From the NCBI GenBank assembly GCA_004431415.1, contig QPMI01000266.1, forward strand, positions 1 to 64,000: 64,000 nt of DNA. Reading direction: 5' to 3'. Shown here one piece after another: positions 1-12,019 of the stretch. The notes beneath the pieces are model-generated. The model worked only from the letters and a program-made list of their open reading frames with translations, was not told the origin of the DNA and made no database searches. The position numbers and the translations under genes were made by a program. This DNA is from Cyanophora paradoxa CCMP329 (lineage: Eukaryota > Plantae > Glaucophyta). The stretch's first letter is position 1. The number at the start of each line of letters is the position of its first letter.

Positions 1-104
1 GATTCTCTTAGTTAAGTTAAAGACTATAACTTTGATAGGCTTTATGTAATATAAAGTAATTTATATATTTATAGTATAAAAGTACTAATAAAACGTACAA
101 TTTA
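1..104 (+). rRNA. rnl: 3' end of LSU rRNA (redundant copy of 51394..51501)
   Basis: Matches the end of the LSU gene, including conserved GTACTAAT. Confidence 0.85.
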
Positions 105-124
105 AAGATAAAATATTTAATAAT

Positions 125-248
125 ATGAGAACGATTATTTTTAAAATAATCATGTTGAAACACCCGATCCATCTGAATTCGATGTGTGAAATTTTTCAAA
201 TCTCATAATACTCTAAAACTATTTAGGGGAACATGAGAACAATTTATA
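125..248 (+). rRNA. rrn5: Mitochondrial 5S rRNA (copy 1)
   Basis: GAAACACCCGATCC(C)AT..GAATTCGATGTGTGAAA loop C motif of mt 5S rRNA, directly after rnl. Confidence 0.8.
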
Positions 249-270
249 AAACCAGTTAACTAAATAATTC

Positions 271-353
271 ACTCGCTTGGTGTAATTTGGTAAACACGGT
301 AGACTTAAAATCTACTCCTGACACAGGTATTGGTTCAAGTCCGATAGCGGGTA
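271..353 (+). tRNA. trnL: tRNA-Leu(UAA)
   Basis: Cloverleaf, GTAGA-CT-TAA-AA-TCTAC, long variable arm. Confidence 0.9.
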
Positions 354-360
354 GTTTGAT

Positions 361-1600
361 ATGCAAAATTATAAAATACAAAAAAATTTAAACGTAATAA
401 TATTTGGTGAATAACTCGCAATTTTTTAAATTTAAAGAGCGATTGAAATGGAGACTAAAAAAAAAAAAAAATTATTACATAAAAGTAGAACATATGGTTT
501 AATATGAATTGTATATAAAAAAATTTTCAAAAATTTTTATCCTAATTAACTGAAATACAATTAAAAAATATATAGGCGAAAATATTATCAATATTTAACT
601 AAAGATAAGATTAAACATTCACAAATACACAGATCATTAAAATCTATCACATATTAGAGAGTCGTCTTGATACAATGTTAATAAGAACAAATCTAGTAAA
701 ACACCAAAGCTGCTCGACAATTAATAATGCATAAAAAATGTGTTGTTGATAAAGACTTATAACTAATCCTGGCTATTATTATCAAATGGCCAAATAATTC
801 ATATAAAAAAATAATATTGTATATTTAAAATAAAATAAATAATAAAAATAATGAATTGTATATAAAAAATTTAAAACAATTTTAAAGAAACGCATTTATT
901 TAAAAATTATTATAAAAATTTTTTATTAAATACAACTATATATAATGCATGTCTACTATTATTTAAAATATATAGTTATTCAAAACAAAAATTAATTACC
1001 ATACTTTCTATTTAATACCCTCGTTTAATTGAAATACCTTACCCTAATAAAATGTGGATCCATTCAATTTGTAAAAGAAGAACAAATCGTGTTAAATTAT
1101 ATATTAGTCGATTTAAAAAGACAAAAATTTAAAAAAATAAATTATATAAATTAAAAATAAAGAAAAGAAAAAAAATTATTATCATAGGTACTAGATTAAA
1201 CACAATATATTCAAATATTAGATTACCCAAGAATTTATTAAAAATAAAAAAAAATAAAAAAAAAAAAAAATTAAATAAAAAAAAAAAAAAAAATATAATG
1301 AATTATAAAAAAAAAATATAATAAAAAAAAAACAATTAAATAATAAAAAAAAAAAAAATCAAAAGAAAAAATATAATAAATTTATAAAGTTTGTTAAATC
1401 TTTAAATTAAAAAGAAGAAATTAACAAATATTAAATTATTATTAAAAAAAAAATTAAAAATAAAAAATAAAAAAAAAAACAAAAAAAAACAATAAAAAAA
1501 AAAAAATTATAAAAATAAAAAATAGTTAAACAAAAACTAAAAAAAAACAAAGAAAAGAAAAATTAAAATTTCAGTAATAACTTTTTTAATATTTTACTTG
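361..1600 (+). CDS. rps4: Ribosomal protein S4 (frameshifted read copy; end approximate)
   Basis: Same sequence as 51764 onward. Confidence 0.7.
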
Positions 1601-1657
1601 GTTTTATAAAAGATTAAAAAAAGTCGTTTATATATGAAAAAATAAAATAATATTTCT

Positions 1658-1738
1658 GGAGGAATGGCTGAGTGGTTAAAGGCGGCGGACTGTAAATCCG
1701 TTGAGAAATCTACATAGGTTCGAATCCTGTTTCCTCCA
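1658..1738 (+). tRNA. trnY: tRNA-Tyr(GUA)
   Basis: GCGGA-CT-GTA-AA-TCCGT, TTCGAAT T-loop. Confidence 0.95.
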
Positions 1739-1801
1739 AATATATTTAACAGCGTATATAAGTTAATTCGCAAACAATAATCATCTAAGACTTGTAAGAA
1801 A

Positions 1802-1873
1802 TGGAGGTAATTAGAATCGAACTAATTTTTTATGCGTGCAAAGCATATGTTTTACCAAGTAAACTATACCCCC
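1802..1873 (-). tRNA. trnA: tRNA-Ala(UGC)
   Basis: GGGGGTA...ACCTCCA acceptor with G3-U70, anticodon TGC. Confidence 0.93.
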
Positions 1874-1891
1874 AATCTGTACAATAGTTTA

Positions 1892-2664
1892 TTATACAGT
1901 ACATTTAGCTTTTATCCAATTTATATAGTTCTTTGGATTTACGGCTTCTATCACAATAGGCATAAAACCGTGATTAACGCCGCATATTTCCGAGCATTGT
2001 CCATAATATACGCCTTCACGTTTTATGAACATACCTATTTGATTTAAGCGCCCAGGAATAGCATCACATTTTACACCTAATGATGGTATTGCCCAACTAT
2101 GTATAACATCAGCAGCTGTTACAATAGCACGAATATGCGATTCAACTGGTAATAAAACACGATTGTCTACTTCAAGTAGTCTTAGTTGCCAAAGCTCTAA
2201 ATCTTCTTCAGGTACCATATAACTATCATAGTTTAATGATTTTAACATAAATAGTTTATTATTTGAAATATAACCAGAGTCAATATAATCACAGTATTCA
2301 TAACTCCAGTACCATTGGTGTCCAATAACTTTTAACGTAAGGGATGGATCTACCATTTCGTCCATTGAATATAATAATGCAAAAGACGGGATAGCAACCA
2401 TCATTAAAATTAGACTAGGTGTTACTGTCCAAGCAATTTCTATAGCTGTTCCATGTACAATATTTGATGCAATAGGATTATTTGATTTAATATATAACAT
2501 TAAAGTTCTAGTTAACATCCAAATTACAAAATAGCGATAACAATTAAAAAAAACATTAAATCATTATGTAGATTAACAATACCCTCCATAATAGGAGTCG
2601 CTGAGTCTTGAAAATACAATTGCCATGTGTTTGGATGGTCTGCAAATATTTTGGTTAATAACAT
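1892..2664 (-). CDS. cox2: Cytochrome c oxidase subunit 2 (one read frameshift)
   Basis: [10 protein letters not shown] and [13 protein letters not shown] CuA motifs. Confidence 0.95.
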
Positions 2665-2737
2665 TATGAAATTAGGTAGATGATTTTTTTATTAGAAAGA
2701 GGCCGCAAAAACGCGTTTGTTGAGGGGTTACACGGGG

Positions 2738-3341
2738 CTACTGATCGTCATTGTCGTCAAATCGATCTAGGGCGTTTGCAATAATTGTAAGATACTCGTC
2801 CCAAGACAATTTACCCAAAAACATAGAGTCAATTTCAAATGGTTCATTTGGGTATCAACGAGTAAGAACTTGTTTGATGGCTTTTTTTGAAATATCTAAA
2901 ATATCCAACTCTACATAACCATTTACTTGTACTGCAAATATTAATAAAAAAAAGTCCTCCATTTTGTTATAATTATCTTTAGTCAAAATGAACCATTGAA
3001 AAAATCCTATAGCAGTCTTTAGTAGGATAAGATTACTAAAATCCATTTCTAGCCAGTAATTCACATTATTTAAGTCTAAATACCAAAAAAAATGTTCCCC
3101 CAAAATTCCAGCAAATTCCCTTCTAATTTCACGCCTAATTTCATTTACTTCTTTATCGGATAAACAATTTATCCTTTTCAACCAAATTTCTAAATCCAAA
3201 TGAACAAATGAGAGGTAAAAACGCTGTTTTTCCTTAGGCAATGGAGTTAGTATTTCTTTTACACGCGGGTATGTAAGAGCTATCGCTAAATAAAATAATA
3301 CTTTTAGTGTAATTTTGCAGTTTCTTTATAAGCCAAATCAT
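2738..3341 (-). CDS. Orphan ORF, family A, with in-frame TGA at 2855..2857
   Basis: Aligns along its length with ORF 31150..31839, including beyond the TGA. Confidence 0.6.
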
Positions 3342-3512
3342 TATTTGAGTTCTAGTTAATATTTAAATTGCTAAAATAGCTATAGCGATAAGAATTAAAA
3401 AAAACATTAGATCGTTCCATCCATAATTATAATAGTCAAGTCTTGAAATACAATTATAATTTTTTTAATGTAATTATAACATTGCTACATAATTAAAATA
3501 AATATTTTACAG

Positions 3513-3543
3513 TGTTGGATATAAATATTTATTATATCCAACA
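3513..3543. terminator. 12-bp perfect hairpin downstream of nad7
   Basis: TGTTGGATATAA-N7-TTATATCCAACA. Confidence 0.5.
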
Positions 3544-3569
3544 TGTGAAAATACCTTAATATCTATAAA

Positions 3570-4753
3570 TTATCTATCAATTTCGCCAAACACAATATCT
3601 TGAGTCCTATAATTGTAACAACATCGCCAACATATGGTTTTTTGACATCATATCTAACCTTGTAAATGAGCAAATCCTGGAGCCTTTATTTTACAACGAT
3701 AAGGTTTATTAGTACCATTAGAAACCAAATAAACACCAAACTCACCTTTAGGGGCTTCAACAAAGAATATGTTTCACCTTTTGGTACAGTATACCTTCTG
3801 TATATAATTTAAAATGATGTATTAATGATTCCATTGATTGTTTCATTTCTGTTCGTGATGGTGGACTAATTTTATTATCATCCACTTTTATTGGCCAGAA
3901 CTTAATTTATTTAGTGATTGTTGAATTATATAACAGCTTTGCCTCATTTCTTCAATACGTATTAAATATCGATCATAACAATCGCCACGTATTCAACTGG
4001 TACTTCAAAATCTAAATTATCATAAGTTTCATAAGCTTCATTTTTTCTTAAATCCCAAGCAACGCCAGATCCTCTTAACATTACACACTAAATCCCAATC
4101 TATTGCCTCTTTTGCAGTAACAACACCAATATCAACTAATCGTTGTTTCCATATACGATTATTGTCAATAATTCCTCAAGTTCATTTATTTTATTTTCAA
4201 ATTGAATTACAAATTCATAAATATCATTTGTTAATCCATTTGGTAAATCTTGTGAAACTCCACCTGGGCGAATATAAGCTGCATGCATGCGAGCGCCTGA
4301 TACACGTTCATAAAATTCCATTAATTTTTCACGCTCTTCAAAACCCCATAATAAGGGTGTTAATGCTCCAACATCCATAGCATGGCAAGTAACAGCTAAT
4401 AAATGATTTAAAATACGTGTTATTTCTGAAAAAATAACTCTAATCATTTTGCTCTTAATGGTACACTACATTTTAATAATTTTTCAACTGCTAATGAATA
4501 AGCGTGCTCTTGAGCCATCATACTAACGTAATCAAGGCGATCAAAATAAGGTAATGCTTGATTATAATTTTATATTCTATTAATTTTTCTGTTCCACGAT
4601 GTAATAGTCCAATATGAGGATCGGCTTTTTTTACAATTTCTCCATTTAACTCTAAACTAGACGTAAAACCCATGGGCTGCAGGATGTTGTGGACCAAATT
4701 TAATGTAAATTCTTTAAACTATTGTTATTATTTATTAATTTATTATTTATCAT
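3570..4753 (-). CDS. nad7: NADH dehydrogenase subunit 7 (frameshifted read copy)
   Basis: Same as intact 55037..56236. Confidence 0.9.
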
Positions 4754-4785
4754 TTAATACAAATAATATATTTAATTCGTTATGT

Positions 4786-4870
4786 AGGAGAGAATGGGAT
4801 TCGAACCCATAGAATTTTAACATTCTTTCGCTTAGCAAGCGAACGCTTTAAACCTCTCAGCCATCTCTCC
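4786..4870 (-). tRNA. trnS: tRNA-Ser(GCU)
   Basis: TTCGC-TT-GCT-AA-GCGAA, long variable arm. Confidence 0.93.
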
Positions 4871-4886
4871 TACTAGGGATTAATAT

Positions 4887-5191
4887 TTATCCATGCAATA
4901 AATTTATTTTGTTAATACTAATAGTTCCTTTTATTCTATAGTATACAACCAGTAATGCAATCCAATAGCTGATTCTGCTGCAGCTACTGTTAAATTAATA
5001 ATGCGTTAATTTGTCCTATAATATCATCTAGAAATACTGAAAATATAACAATTGTAGGTTAATTGCTAAAAGCATTAATTCAATACTAATCAATAATATT
5101 ATAATATTTCTTCGGTTTAATAATAATCCACCAATGCTTATAGCAAATATATACAGTGAAACAAATAAAAATGTGATTGTTCTATTATCAT
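4887..5191 (-). CDS. nad4L: NADH dehydrogenase subunit 4L (frameshifted read copy)
   Basis: Same as 56371..56679. Confidence 0.88.
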
Positions 5192-5194
5192 AAT

Positions 5195-6144
5195 TTAAAA
5201 AAATATTGTAGTATACTAAATATATATAATAAAGGAGGATCAAGAAAATAATAAAATCTCGAACAATAATTCTTATTTTGGATGTAATATTTCTAAATAC
5301 AAAAATTATTCTATAAGCCTTTAGTTTTTTTTGAACATAATTATTTGGAATATTTTCGTCAAAATATTGAAGATAGAATATAGTGGCCAATATGCATTCA
5401 AAAGAACAAGGTATAAGTAATATCGAAATATATTGACCAGAGAATAAAACACATGAGAATAAAAATAAATGTATAAGTAAAAAATAAAAATAATCCATAA
5501 ATAATTTAATTTCATTTAATTTAAATTCCGATATTAAAACTTTTGTAATATTATCGTTTAATAATAATGATTTAATTAAGAATTGTTCTATTTTTGTGAT
5601 AGTATTAGAAAAATATAGTTATTAAACTTTTTTTTTATTTTAATATTTCGAAAATACTTTATAATTATATAAGAGAAAAAAAAATTTATATTTTCACTTA
5701 AAGAGATAACAAAAGTTTTAAAATTATATCCGTGACTTTCCGCTATAAAACAAATGCGACACAATATTAGTGGTAAAGTGTCAGTAATAAATGAAATTAC
5801 AACATTTACAGAAACAAGTTTTATATAATACACAAAAGTATAGGATGCGTTAAAAAAAGCAATAAAAATTCCATATTGTCCAATACAAAAATTGATTTCC
5901 AAATTCTAATATTAAACTTTAATTGCGTATCTAAAAACTCTTCATAAATTAATCTAAATTTTTCAATAAAAAATGAATTAAGAATACTTTGCAATGGAGT
6001 AATAAATAAATAAACAAAGAAAAACTATGAAATCATACCAATAATTAATGTATTTTTACTGAATTTTAGTAATTTTTTTTTATAGCCTTGATTAAAATCT
6101 AATAAGAATAATACTATTAATAATAAAATTAAAATATGTAACAT
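5195..6144 (-). CDS. Orphan membrane ORF, family B (frameshifted read copy)
   Basis: Same as 56683..57642. Confidence 0.5.
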
Positions 6145-6239
6145 TATTTTTTAGAAACTATCCCGATGACTAGTCGTCTTCTTTGAAATTTTCTGACTTA
6201 TGTTCAGCATTTGTACCATACTTTTGTTGACTTTGTTCA

Positions 6240-6443
6240 TCATGTTGGCCTGTACAAATTTGTTAAACTTTCTTTAATTAAAGTGGCTGCAGATCCCAAT
6301 GATTTTGCCGAAACACCATCAGGATAATTACGAGAAATTAATAAATTATAATATGTTATTTTCTTAGTTTTAGATTGAATATTTAAATTTAAAGTGCTCG
6401 GAAATGAATTACAAGAATTACTAAAAGTACGTATATACGGCAT
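6240..6443 (-). CDS. Small orphan ORF (67 aa) directly after cob
   Basis: ATG 3 nt after the cob stop; identical in both reads. Confidence 0.3.
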   Translation of the reverse strand: MPYIRTFSNSCNSFPSTLNLNIQSKTKKITYYNLLISRNYPDGVSAKSLGSAATLIKESLTNLYRPT

Positions 6444-6446
6444 GTT

Positions 6447-7641
6447 TTATTTTTTGTTTGAGTTATTGTTATTAAATATATAATTTTCCATAATACCAGA
6501 AATAGGCAAATAAACTAAAAAAATCCAAAATAAACTAATGTTGCTAATTGTCCAATTTGAATATATGGATATTCAACGACATTTCCACCAATCCAACCTA
6601 AAATCATACAATTTATAAAAAGAATCCAAAATGATTTTTTATAAGAAGATCGGAAAATAGAACTACGCACTTTTCCAAATATAAATATGGTAACATAAAT
6701 AATACAATAATTGCTGAAACATTGCGATTACACCGCCTAATTTATCTGGAATTGATCTTAATATAGCATAAAAGGTAAAAAATACCATTCTGGTACAATA
6801 TGCGCAGGCGTTACCATAGGATTAGCCTCAATATAATTATCAGGATGTCCTAATAAATTAGGCGCGTAATAAACAAATCCAGAAAATATAATACCAAAAA
6901 TAATCCACCAACTAAATCTTTTAAATAAAATATGGATAAAAACTTATTTTATCAATACCAATCATAATACCAATGGGTTATTTGAACCGTGTTGATGAAG
7001 TGCAATCATATGTAAAAAGGCCAGTGCAGCAATTATAAACGGTAATAAATAATGTAAACTAAAAAACGATTTAATGTAGCATTGTCCACAGAAAAACCGC
7101 CCAAAGCCAGTAAACAATACTGTCACCAACTAATGGTATTGCGGAAAATAAATTTGTAATAACTGTTGCCCCCAAAAACTCATTTGTCCCAAGGTAATAC
7201 ATAACCATAAAAGCGGTTGCCATCATTAATAAAAAATAGCTACACCAACAATCCAAAGTTGTTGACGAGGTGCTATAAATGATCCGTAATATAGACCACG
7301 AAACATATGTATATAAATAACAATAAAAACATAGAAGCCCATTCGCATGTACATAACGTAAAAGCCAACCCCAACAACATCACGCATAATATGCTCTACA
7401 CTAATAAATGCAAGATCCACCTGAGGTGTATAATGCATTGCTAACAAGATTCCAGTAATTATTTGAATCCCTAAACAAATAGCTGCAATTGAACCAAAAC
7501 CCCAAAAATATGTTAAATTTGAGGGTGTTGGGTAATCAATTAAGTGCTGTTTAAATATAGAAAAAATTGGATAATTAATTAATCTTAATCCTGAGTTATT
7601 AAAAAATTTGTATACAATAGATTATAATTATTTATTTTCAT
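6447..7641 (-). CDS. cob: Apocytochrome b (frameshifted read copy)
   Basis: Same as intact 57945..59156. Confidence 0.92.
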
Positions 7642-7675
7642 AGTTAATACTTTAAATATTAATTAGATACTGATA

Positions 7676-7747
7676 CTTCCTAGATAAGATTTGAACTTAT
7701 AACATTGCGGTTAACAGCCGCACGCTCTACCATTAAGCTACTAGGAA
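7676..7747 (-). tRNA. trnN: tRNA-Asn(GUU)
   Basis: TGCGG-CT-GTT-AA-CCGCA. Confidence 0.93.
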
Positions 7748-7772
7748 ATCATCATAAAACGAAATGTTTATA

Positions 7773-8046
7773 TTAAACTATTATAAATATATATCCTGTA
7801 TATATACTTAATATTGAAAAGATAAAAATACATTTTAATGCAAAATCAAACATAAGTCGAAGAATAATATTTTGATAATAATCTTCAAGTGTTGAATAAA
7901 TCCCAGTTCAATATGAACAAATAGCATAAAAAAATAACAATTAATATATTCATATTTGACATTAATGGACTTAATATAAACAATGATGTTATTTTTTGAG
8001 TATACCATTCTTGTTTGCCTAATTTTATTCTGTTTAATAAATTCAT
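7773..8046 (-). CDS. sdh4: Succinate dehydrogenase subunit 4 (frameshifted read copy)
   Basis: Same as 59288..59563. Confidence 0.78.
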
Positions 8047-8207
8047 TATATTTTAATTGGTTCTTTATCTATATTTTAATATAATTATACTTATTTATTA
8101 AGCTTTTTTTTTGATTTTTTTTTCCAGATTGAATTATTAAATAAATCATTAATTGTTACGAATATATAAGAGTATTGTATATTTGTAAAAGGTAAAAAAC
8201 AGAGCTA

Positions 8208-8696
8208 TTATTTGAAGTAATGACTCGAAGGTACTTTAATGCAATATGATATTTTTTTTTCATTTTTTTTAATATTATTTAATACATATGAATTTTGAAA
8301 AAAATAATTACTTGTTTTATTACTTATAGTCTTATAGTCAAACATAGTTTCTAAATTATTAAAAAATTCAAAAAACAAAATACTATCAACTAATTTATCA
8401 CGTTTTTTTAATAATTTTTTTTGTGTATATGAGTTTATTATTGGGTATATATTATGTATTCTTAATATTTTGAATCGTTTTTTTATTTTCAATATTTTAA
8501 TCTTTTTTCTTAAACCCAAATATAGAATTGAGTTATTTTTATATTTTATTATTTTAAAGTTTTCTATCGTAAAACCTGTTATTTTTTTATAATTTAAAAG
8601 TCTATTATTTTGATTTTTATTAGTGTTAAAAAATAAAAAATATTTATTTTTTAAAAAAAAGAAAGAATTTAAATTTTTAAAAAATGAAAACAACAT
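8208..8696 (-). CDS. rps2: Basic 162-aa ORF, probably a divergent ribosomal protein S2
   Basis: NNSILYLGLRKK resembles the S2 ILFVGTK motif; VDSILFF and ISYCIKVP resemble PDLIII and IDYPIP. Confidence 0.45.
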   Translation of the reverse strand: MLFSFFKNLNSFFFLKNKYFLFFNTNKNQNNRLLNYKKITGFTIENFKIIKYKNNSILYLGLRKKIKILKIKKRFKILRIHNIYPIINSYTQKKLLKKRDKLVDSILFFEFFNNLETMFDYKTISNKTSNYFFQNSYVLNNIKKNEKKISYCIKVPSSHYFK

Positions 8697-8704
8697 ATAT
8701 TATT

Positions 8705-9072
8705 TTATTCCCATTCTAGTGCACCTTTAAGCCATTCATAAATGAAACCAATTGTCAAAATAATTAAAAAATAAACATTGATGTAAATCCAATTATAGTA
8801 GTTTGTTGTAAGGTTAACGCCCAGGGAAATAAAAAACTACTTCCAAATCAAAAATAATAAATAAAATCGAAACTAAATAAAAACGAATATCGAATGTGCT
8901 TCGAGCATCTTCAAAAGGATTAAACCACATTCATATGCAGAAACTTTTTCACTATCTGTTTTTTGCAATGCTATAAAGTATGAAGCACCAAAGATAATAC
9001 ATGCAAGTATAAAACTAACTATAAAAAAAGAAATAAATCAAAATACTGATTATATAATATTACAATATTCAT
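8705..9072 (-). CDS. nad3: NADH dehydrogenase subunit 3 (frameshifted read copy)
   Basis: Same as 60223..60594. Confidence 0.9.
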
Positions 9073-9085
9073 AATTTGTCAAAAA

Positions 9086-9155
9086 CAAGGGCAAAAGGAA
9101 TTGAACCTTATTCTTAATTTTGGAGACTAATGTTTTACCAATTAAACTATACCTT
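9086..9155 (-). tRNA. trnW: tRNA-Trp(CCA)
   Basis: TTAGT-CT-CCA-AA-ATTAA. Confidence 0.88.
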
Positions 9156-9216
9156 ATTAATAAATGAAATATAATAACATAATTTATATTATAATGCTCT
9201 ACGTATTTAATACAAT

Positions 9217-9289
9217 CGGGAAAGACGGGACTCGAACCGCGGCTAATGGCGTGACAGACCACTACTCTAACCAACTGAGTTACTTCCCC
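9217..9289 (-). tRNA. trnD: tRNA-Asp(GUC)
   Basis: GTGGT-CT-GTC-AC-GCCAT. Confidence 0.92.
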
Positions 9290-9322
9290 AATATGTAAGT
9301 GCAATATTTATATCTGTATTAA

Positions 9323-9395
9323 TAGATGATAACGGATTTGAACCGCTAACCTATTCGGTGTAAACGAACCGCTCTGCCAATTGAGCTAATCATCT
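9323..9395 (-). tRNA. trnV: tRNA-Val(UAC)
   Basis: TTCG-TTTACAC-CGAA anticodon arm. Confidence 0.92.
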
Positions 9396-9425
9396 TATGT
9401 TCGTTGGAATATAAAATATTTTATT

Positions 9426-9496
9426 TACTCTCTGACAGATTTGAACTGACGTTTTCACCTCGAAAAGGTGAAGTCCTAACCCTAGACGAAGAGAGC
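9426..9496 (-). tRNA. trnE: tRNA-Glu(UUC)
   Basis: TCACC-TT-TTC-GA-GGTGA. Confidence 0.92.
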
Positions 9497-9503
9497 AAAT
9501 ATA

Positions 9504-10159
9504 TTAAACTGTTTTAATTGTTGTTTGAAAATTGCGATTAATTTGTTTATTTAAATCTTGTTTTTAACATTAATTTTTTTATGTAAAGTTAATACAATTG
9601 CACCAATAAGACTAACAAGTAAAATTAATGCAGAAAGTAAAAATAATACGCATATTGAGTATAAACTATAAAAAATTGATGCGAATTTGTAATATAATTG
9701 AACGAATTTATATTATAAATAAATTATTTAATTGAATACTATAATTATTTAAAAATAATATTAATTTTTCTGAATCATTAAAGGTTAAAATTTCAGATAA
9801 ATTAATAAAAGAATTATGCGGTATATTAATATAAATTAATGAGAATAATAATGTTATAAAAAAACTTGAGCTCCAAGAATTATTTTATTTTTGAATTGAT
9901 TTATTTTAATATTTAACATCATTATTACAAATAAAATAAAATTGCAATAGCACCTAAATAAACAACTAAAATAACATTGCTAAAAATTCAGCACCTAACA
10001 TAATCAAAAGACCTGCTGCATTAAAAAATACTAGTATTAAATAAAAACTGAATAGATTGAACTATTTGTAGTAATCGCAATAAAGCTACTAATAATTGCA
10101 CCTAAAGAAAATAAAAAAAAAAATAAATATGATGAAATTATTAACTCCGGTGTATACAT
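9504..10159 (-). CDS. nad6: NADH dehydrogenase subunit 6 (frameshifted read copy)
   Basis: Same as 61031..61693. Confidence 0.88.
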
Positions 10160-10212
10160 TAAATGATTATAATATAAATAATAAATACATAAAATTATTA
10201 AATTACATCCAA

Positions 10213-10296
10213 AGGATGGAATGGGATTCGAACCCATGGCATTGTGTATGCGCTAGTTTTCAAGACTAGTACTTTAAACCGCTCAGACATCCATCC
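10213..10296 (-). tRNA. trnS: tRNA-Ser(UGA)
   Basis: CTAGT-CT-TGA-AA-ACTAG, long variable arm. Confidence 0.93.
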
Positions 10297-10302
10297 TATA
10301 AT

Positions 10303-10848
10303 TTAATTATTAATTTTGTTTTTATTTAAAATAGTAATAAAATGAAAAAATGAATACGTATTAAAATTGAGTATTTGAATTAGATATATAGTATGAAAAC
10401 AAAGTAGATTTATTAATATTTGTTGATTAGTTTTATTTATTATATTATCCAAATAAAATTCATTTAAATAAATATATCTTAAATTGTTTTTTAATATTGT
10501 ATTTTTTACTAATATTTGATTTTTTTGTAAATAATACTTCAAATCATTATAATTAGCAAAAGTAATATATTGATTTACGCCAACAAAAGTATTTTTTAAA
10601 AAACAAGTTTTTTTTGAAAATTGAATTTTCATTTTTGTATTTTTAGATGTATTTAACTTAAAACTATTTTTTTTTAAATTAAATGGTTTAAATTTTTCCG
10701 TCATTATTAGATCCGTTATCGAAGAATACTTATATATAAAATTTTTTTGATTATTTAAACCAGTGTTTAAATTATTTAAAAAAATAATATATTTATTTTT
10801 AAATAATTTTTTAGAATTATAAAAATTTTTTTTTTTATTTACCAACAT
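10303..10848 (-). CDS. rpl10: 181-aa ORF, possibly a divergent ribosomal protein L10
   Basis: Size, basic N-terminus and FLKNTFVG resemble mt L10; motif support is weak. Confidence 0.4.
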   Translation of the reverse strand: MLVNKKKNFYNSKKLFKNKYIIFLNNLNTGLNNQKNFIYKYSSITDLIMTEKFKPFNLKKNSFKLNTSKNTKMKIQFSKKTCFLKNTFVGVNQYITFANYNDLKYYLQKNQILVKNTILKNNLRYIYLNEFYLDNIINKTNQQILINLLCFHTIYLIQILNFNTYSFFHFITILNKNKINN

Positions 10849-10872
10849 ATTTTATAATAATTTTTTTAAATT

Positions 10873-10945
10873 TGTTTAGAAGTGGAATCGAACCACTGAC
10901 CCAAAAATTTTCAGTCTTTTGCTCTACCAACTGAGCTATCTAAAC
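10873..10945 (-). tRNA. trnF: tRNA-Phe(GAA)
   Basis: AAAGA-CT-GAA-AA-TTTTT. Confidence 0.93.
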
Positions 10946-10953
10946 AGTGGTTA

Positions 10954-10978
<25 letters not shown>
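10954..10978. repeat. (AT)n microsatellite
   Basis: About 12 AT units. Confidence 0.8.
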
Positions 10979-10984
<6 letters not shown>

Positions 10985-11025
10985 TATAAAAATTTATGGA
11001 GCGTTTAATTACAAATATTTCAAAT

Positions 11026-11098
11026 TAGCGAAAGTAGGATTTGAACCTACGCCACGAGGAGTATGATTCCACTGTTATAGCCGCTAAACTATTCCGCC
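11026..11098 (-). tRNA. trnM: tRNA-Met(CAU), probably elongator
   Basis: GTGGA-AT-CAT-AC-TCCTC; paired 1:72. Confidence 0.8.
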
Positions 11099-11121
11099 AA
11101 AATATATGCAATGTCTATATA

Positions 11122-11706
11122 TTAATTTTTTTTTTTTCCTGGTTTTATTTTTATAACGTCTGTTGTAAATAGAATACCTTTCCCAGAATAAATTTCAGGT
11201 ATTTTTAAAAATTGAATTTTTTTTGAAAAATTTGTAACAGTTTGTTTATTATTACCTTGAATTATTATTTTATTTTTTTTTCTACACGAAACGGTTAATT
11301 CATTTGGTATTTTAATATACAATTTATGACTAAAACCTAATTTAAATTTTAAAAAGAAAATATTATTTTTTTTAATTAAAAATTTAAAAACGCGAAAACC
11401 TAAACCATTTAACTTCAATACTTTTTTATAAATTTGTTTATTTTTTATTAAGAATTTATTAATAAATGAAGAATTTTTTTTATTTAATAATTTTTTAGAT
11501 AAAAATCGTAATCTGCCGGTTAATTGGTTAAATTGAGTTTTTAATAAATTAAAATATCCCAATGTTTTTTTATATAAAATGTCCCCTTTTCCATAATTTT
11601 GTTGTTTTTTTATTAAAATAACATGTCTATTTTTAAAAATGAAATATTTTGTTAATAAATTGTTTTTTAAATAATATTTAGTTAATATATTCATTGTATA
11701 CAACAA
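11122..11706 (-). CDS. rpl6: Ribosomal protein L6
   Basis: LNGLGFR, KLGFSH, PEIYSGKGI. Confidence 0.92.
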   Translation of the reverse strand: MLYTMNILTKYYLKNNLLTKYFIFKNRHVILIKKQQNYGKGDILYKKTLGYFNLLKTQFNQLTGRLRFLSKKLLNKKNSSFINKFLIKNKQIYKKVLKLNGLGFRVFKFLIKKNNIFFLKFKLGFSHKLYIKIPNELTVSCRKKNKIIIQGNNKQTVTNFSKKIQFLKIPEIYSGKGILFTTDVIKIKPGKKKN

Positions 11707-11711
11707 ATTTC

Positions 11712-12011
11712 TTAATAATTGTGACGAACTACACCAATGATTTTACCATTAGAGGATAATTCTTTAAAAATTATGCGTGATAAATTGTATAAAGATAATG
11801 AACCACGGCTTCTTCCGGAAATAGAGCAACATTTAATTATATTAATGGATGTACCTTTTTTTAAGATTTTAGAAAATTTTTTTAATATATATAATCTTTC
11901 TTTATTTGTTAAATTTTGAGATCGCAATAAAAATAATAAAATTCTTCTTTTTATTTCAAATTTTACAGTGTTATATCGACGAATTTTATTTTTATAAATA
12001 TTTATTTTCAT
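11712..12011 (-). CDS. rps14: Ribosomal protein S14
   Basis: CSISGRSRG..LSRIIFKE..G.I.GV. Confidence 0.93.
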   Translation of the reverse strand: MKINIYKNKIRRYNTVKFEIKRRILLFLLRSQNLTNKERLYILKKFSKILKKGTSINIIKCCSISGRSRGSLSLYNLSRIIFKELSSNGKIIGVVRHNY

Positions 12012-12019
12012 ATATCGTA

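Noticed and set aside
2855-2857. Genome-wide TGA=Trp code
   Set aside because: cox1, cob and nad genes are open in the standard code with TGG, and trnW has a CCA anticodon; the other in-frame TGAs noticed lie in pseudogenes
10954-10978. (AT)n runs as a special repeat system
   Set aside because: Ordinary microsatellites in AT-rich DNA; no spacer structure, so not CRISPR-like
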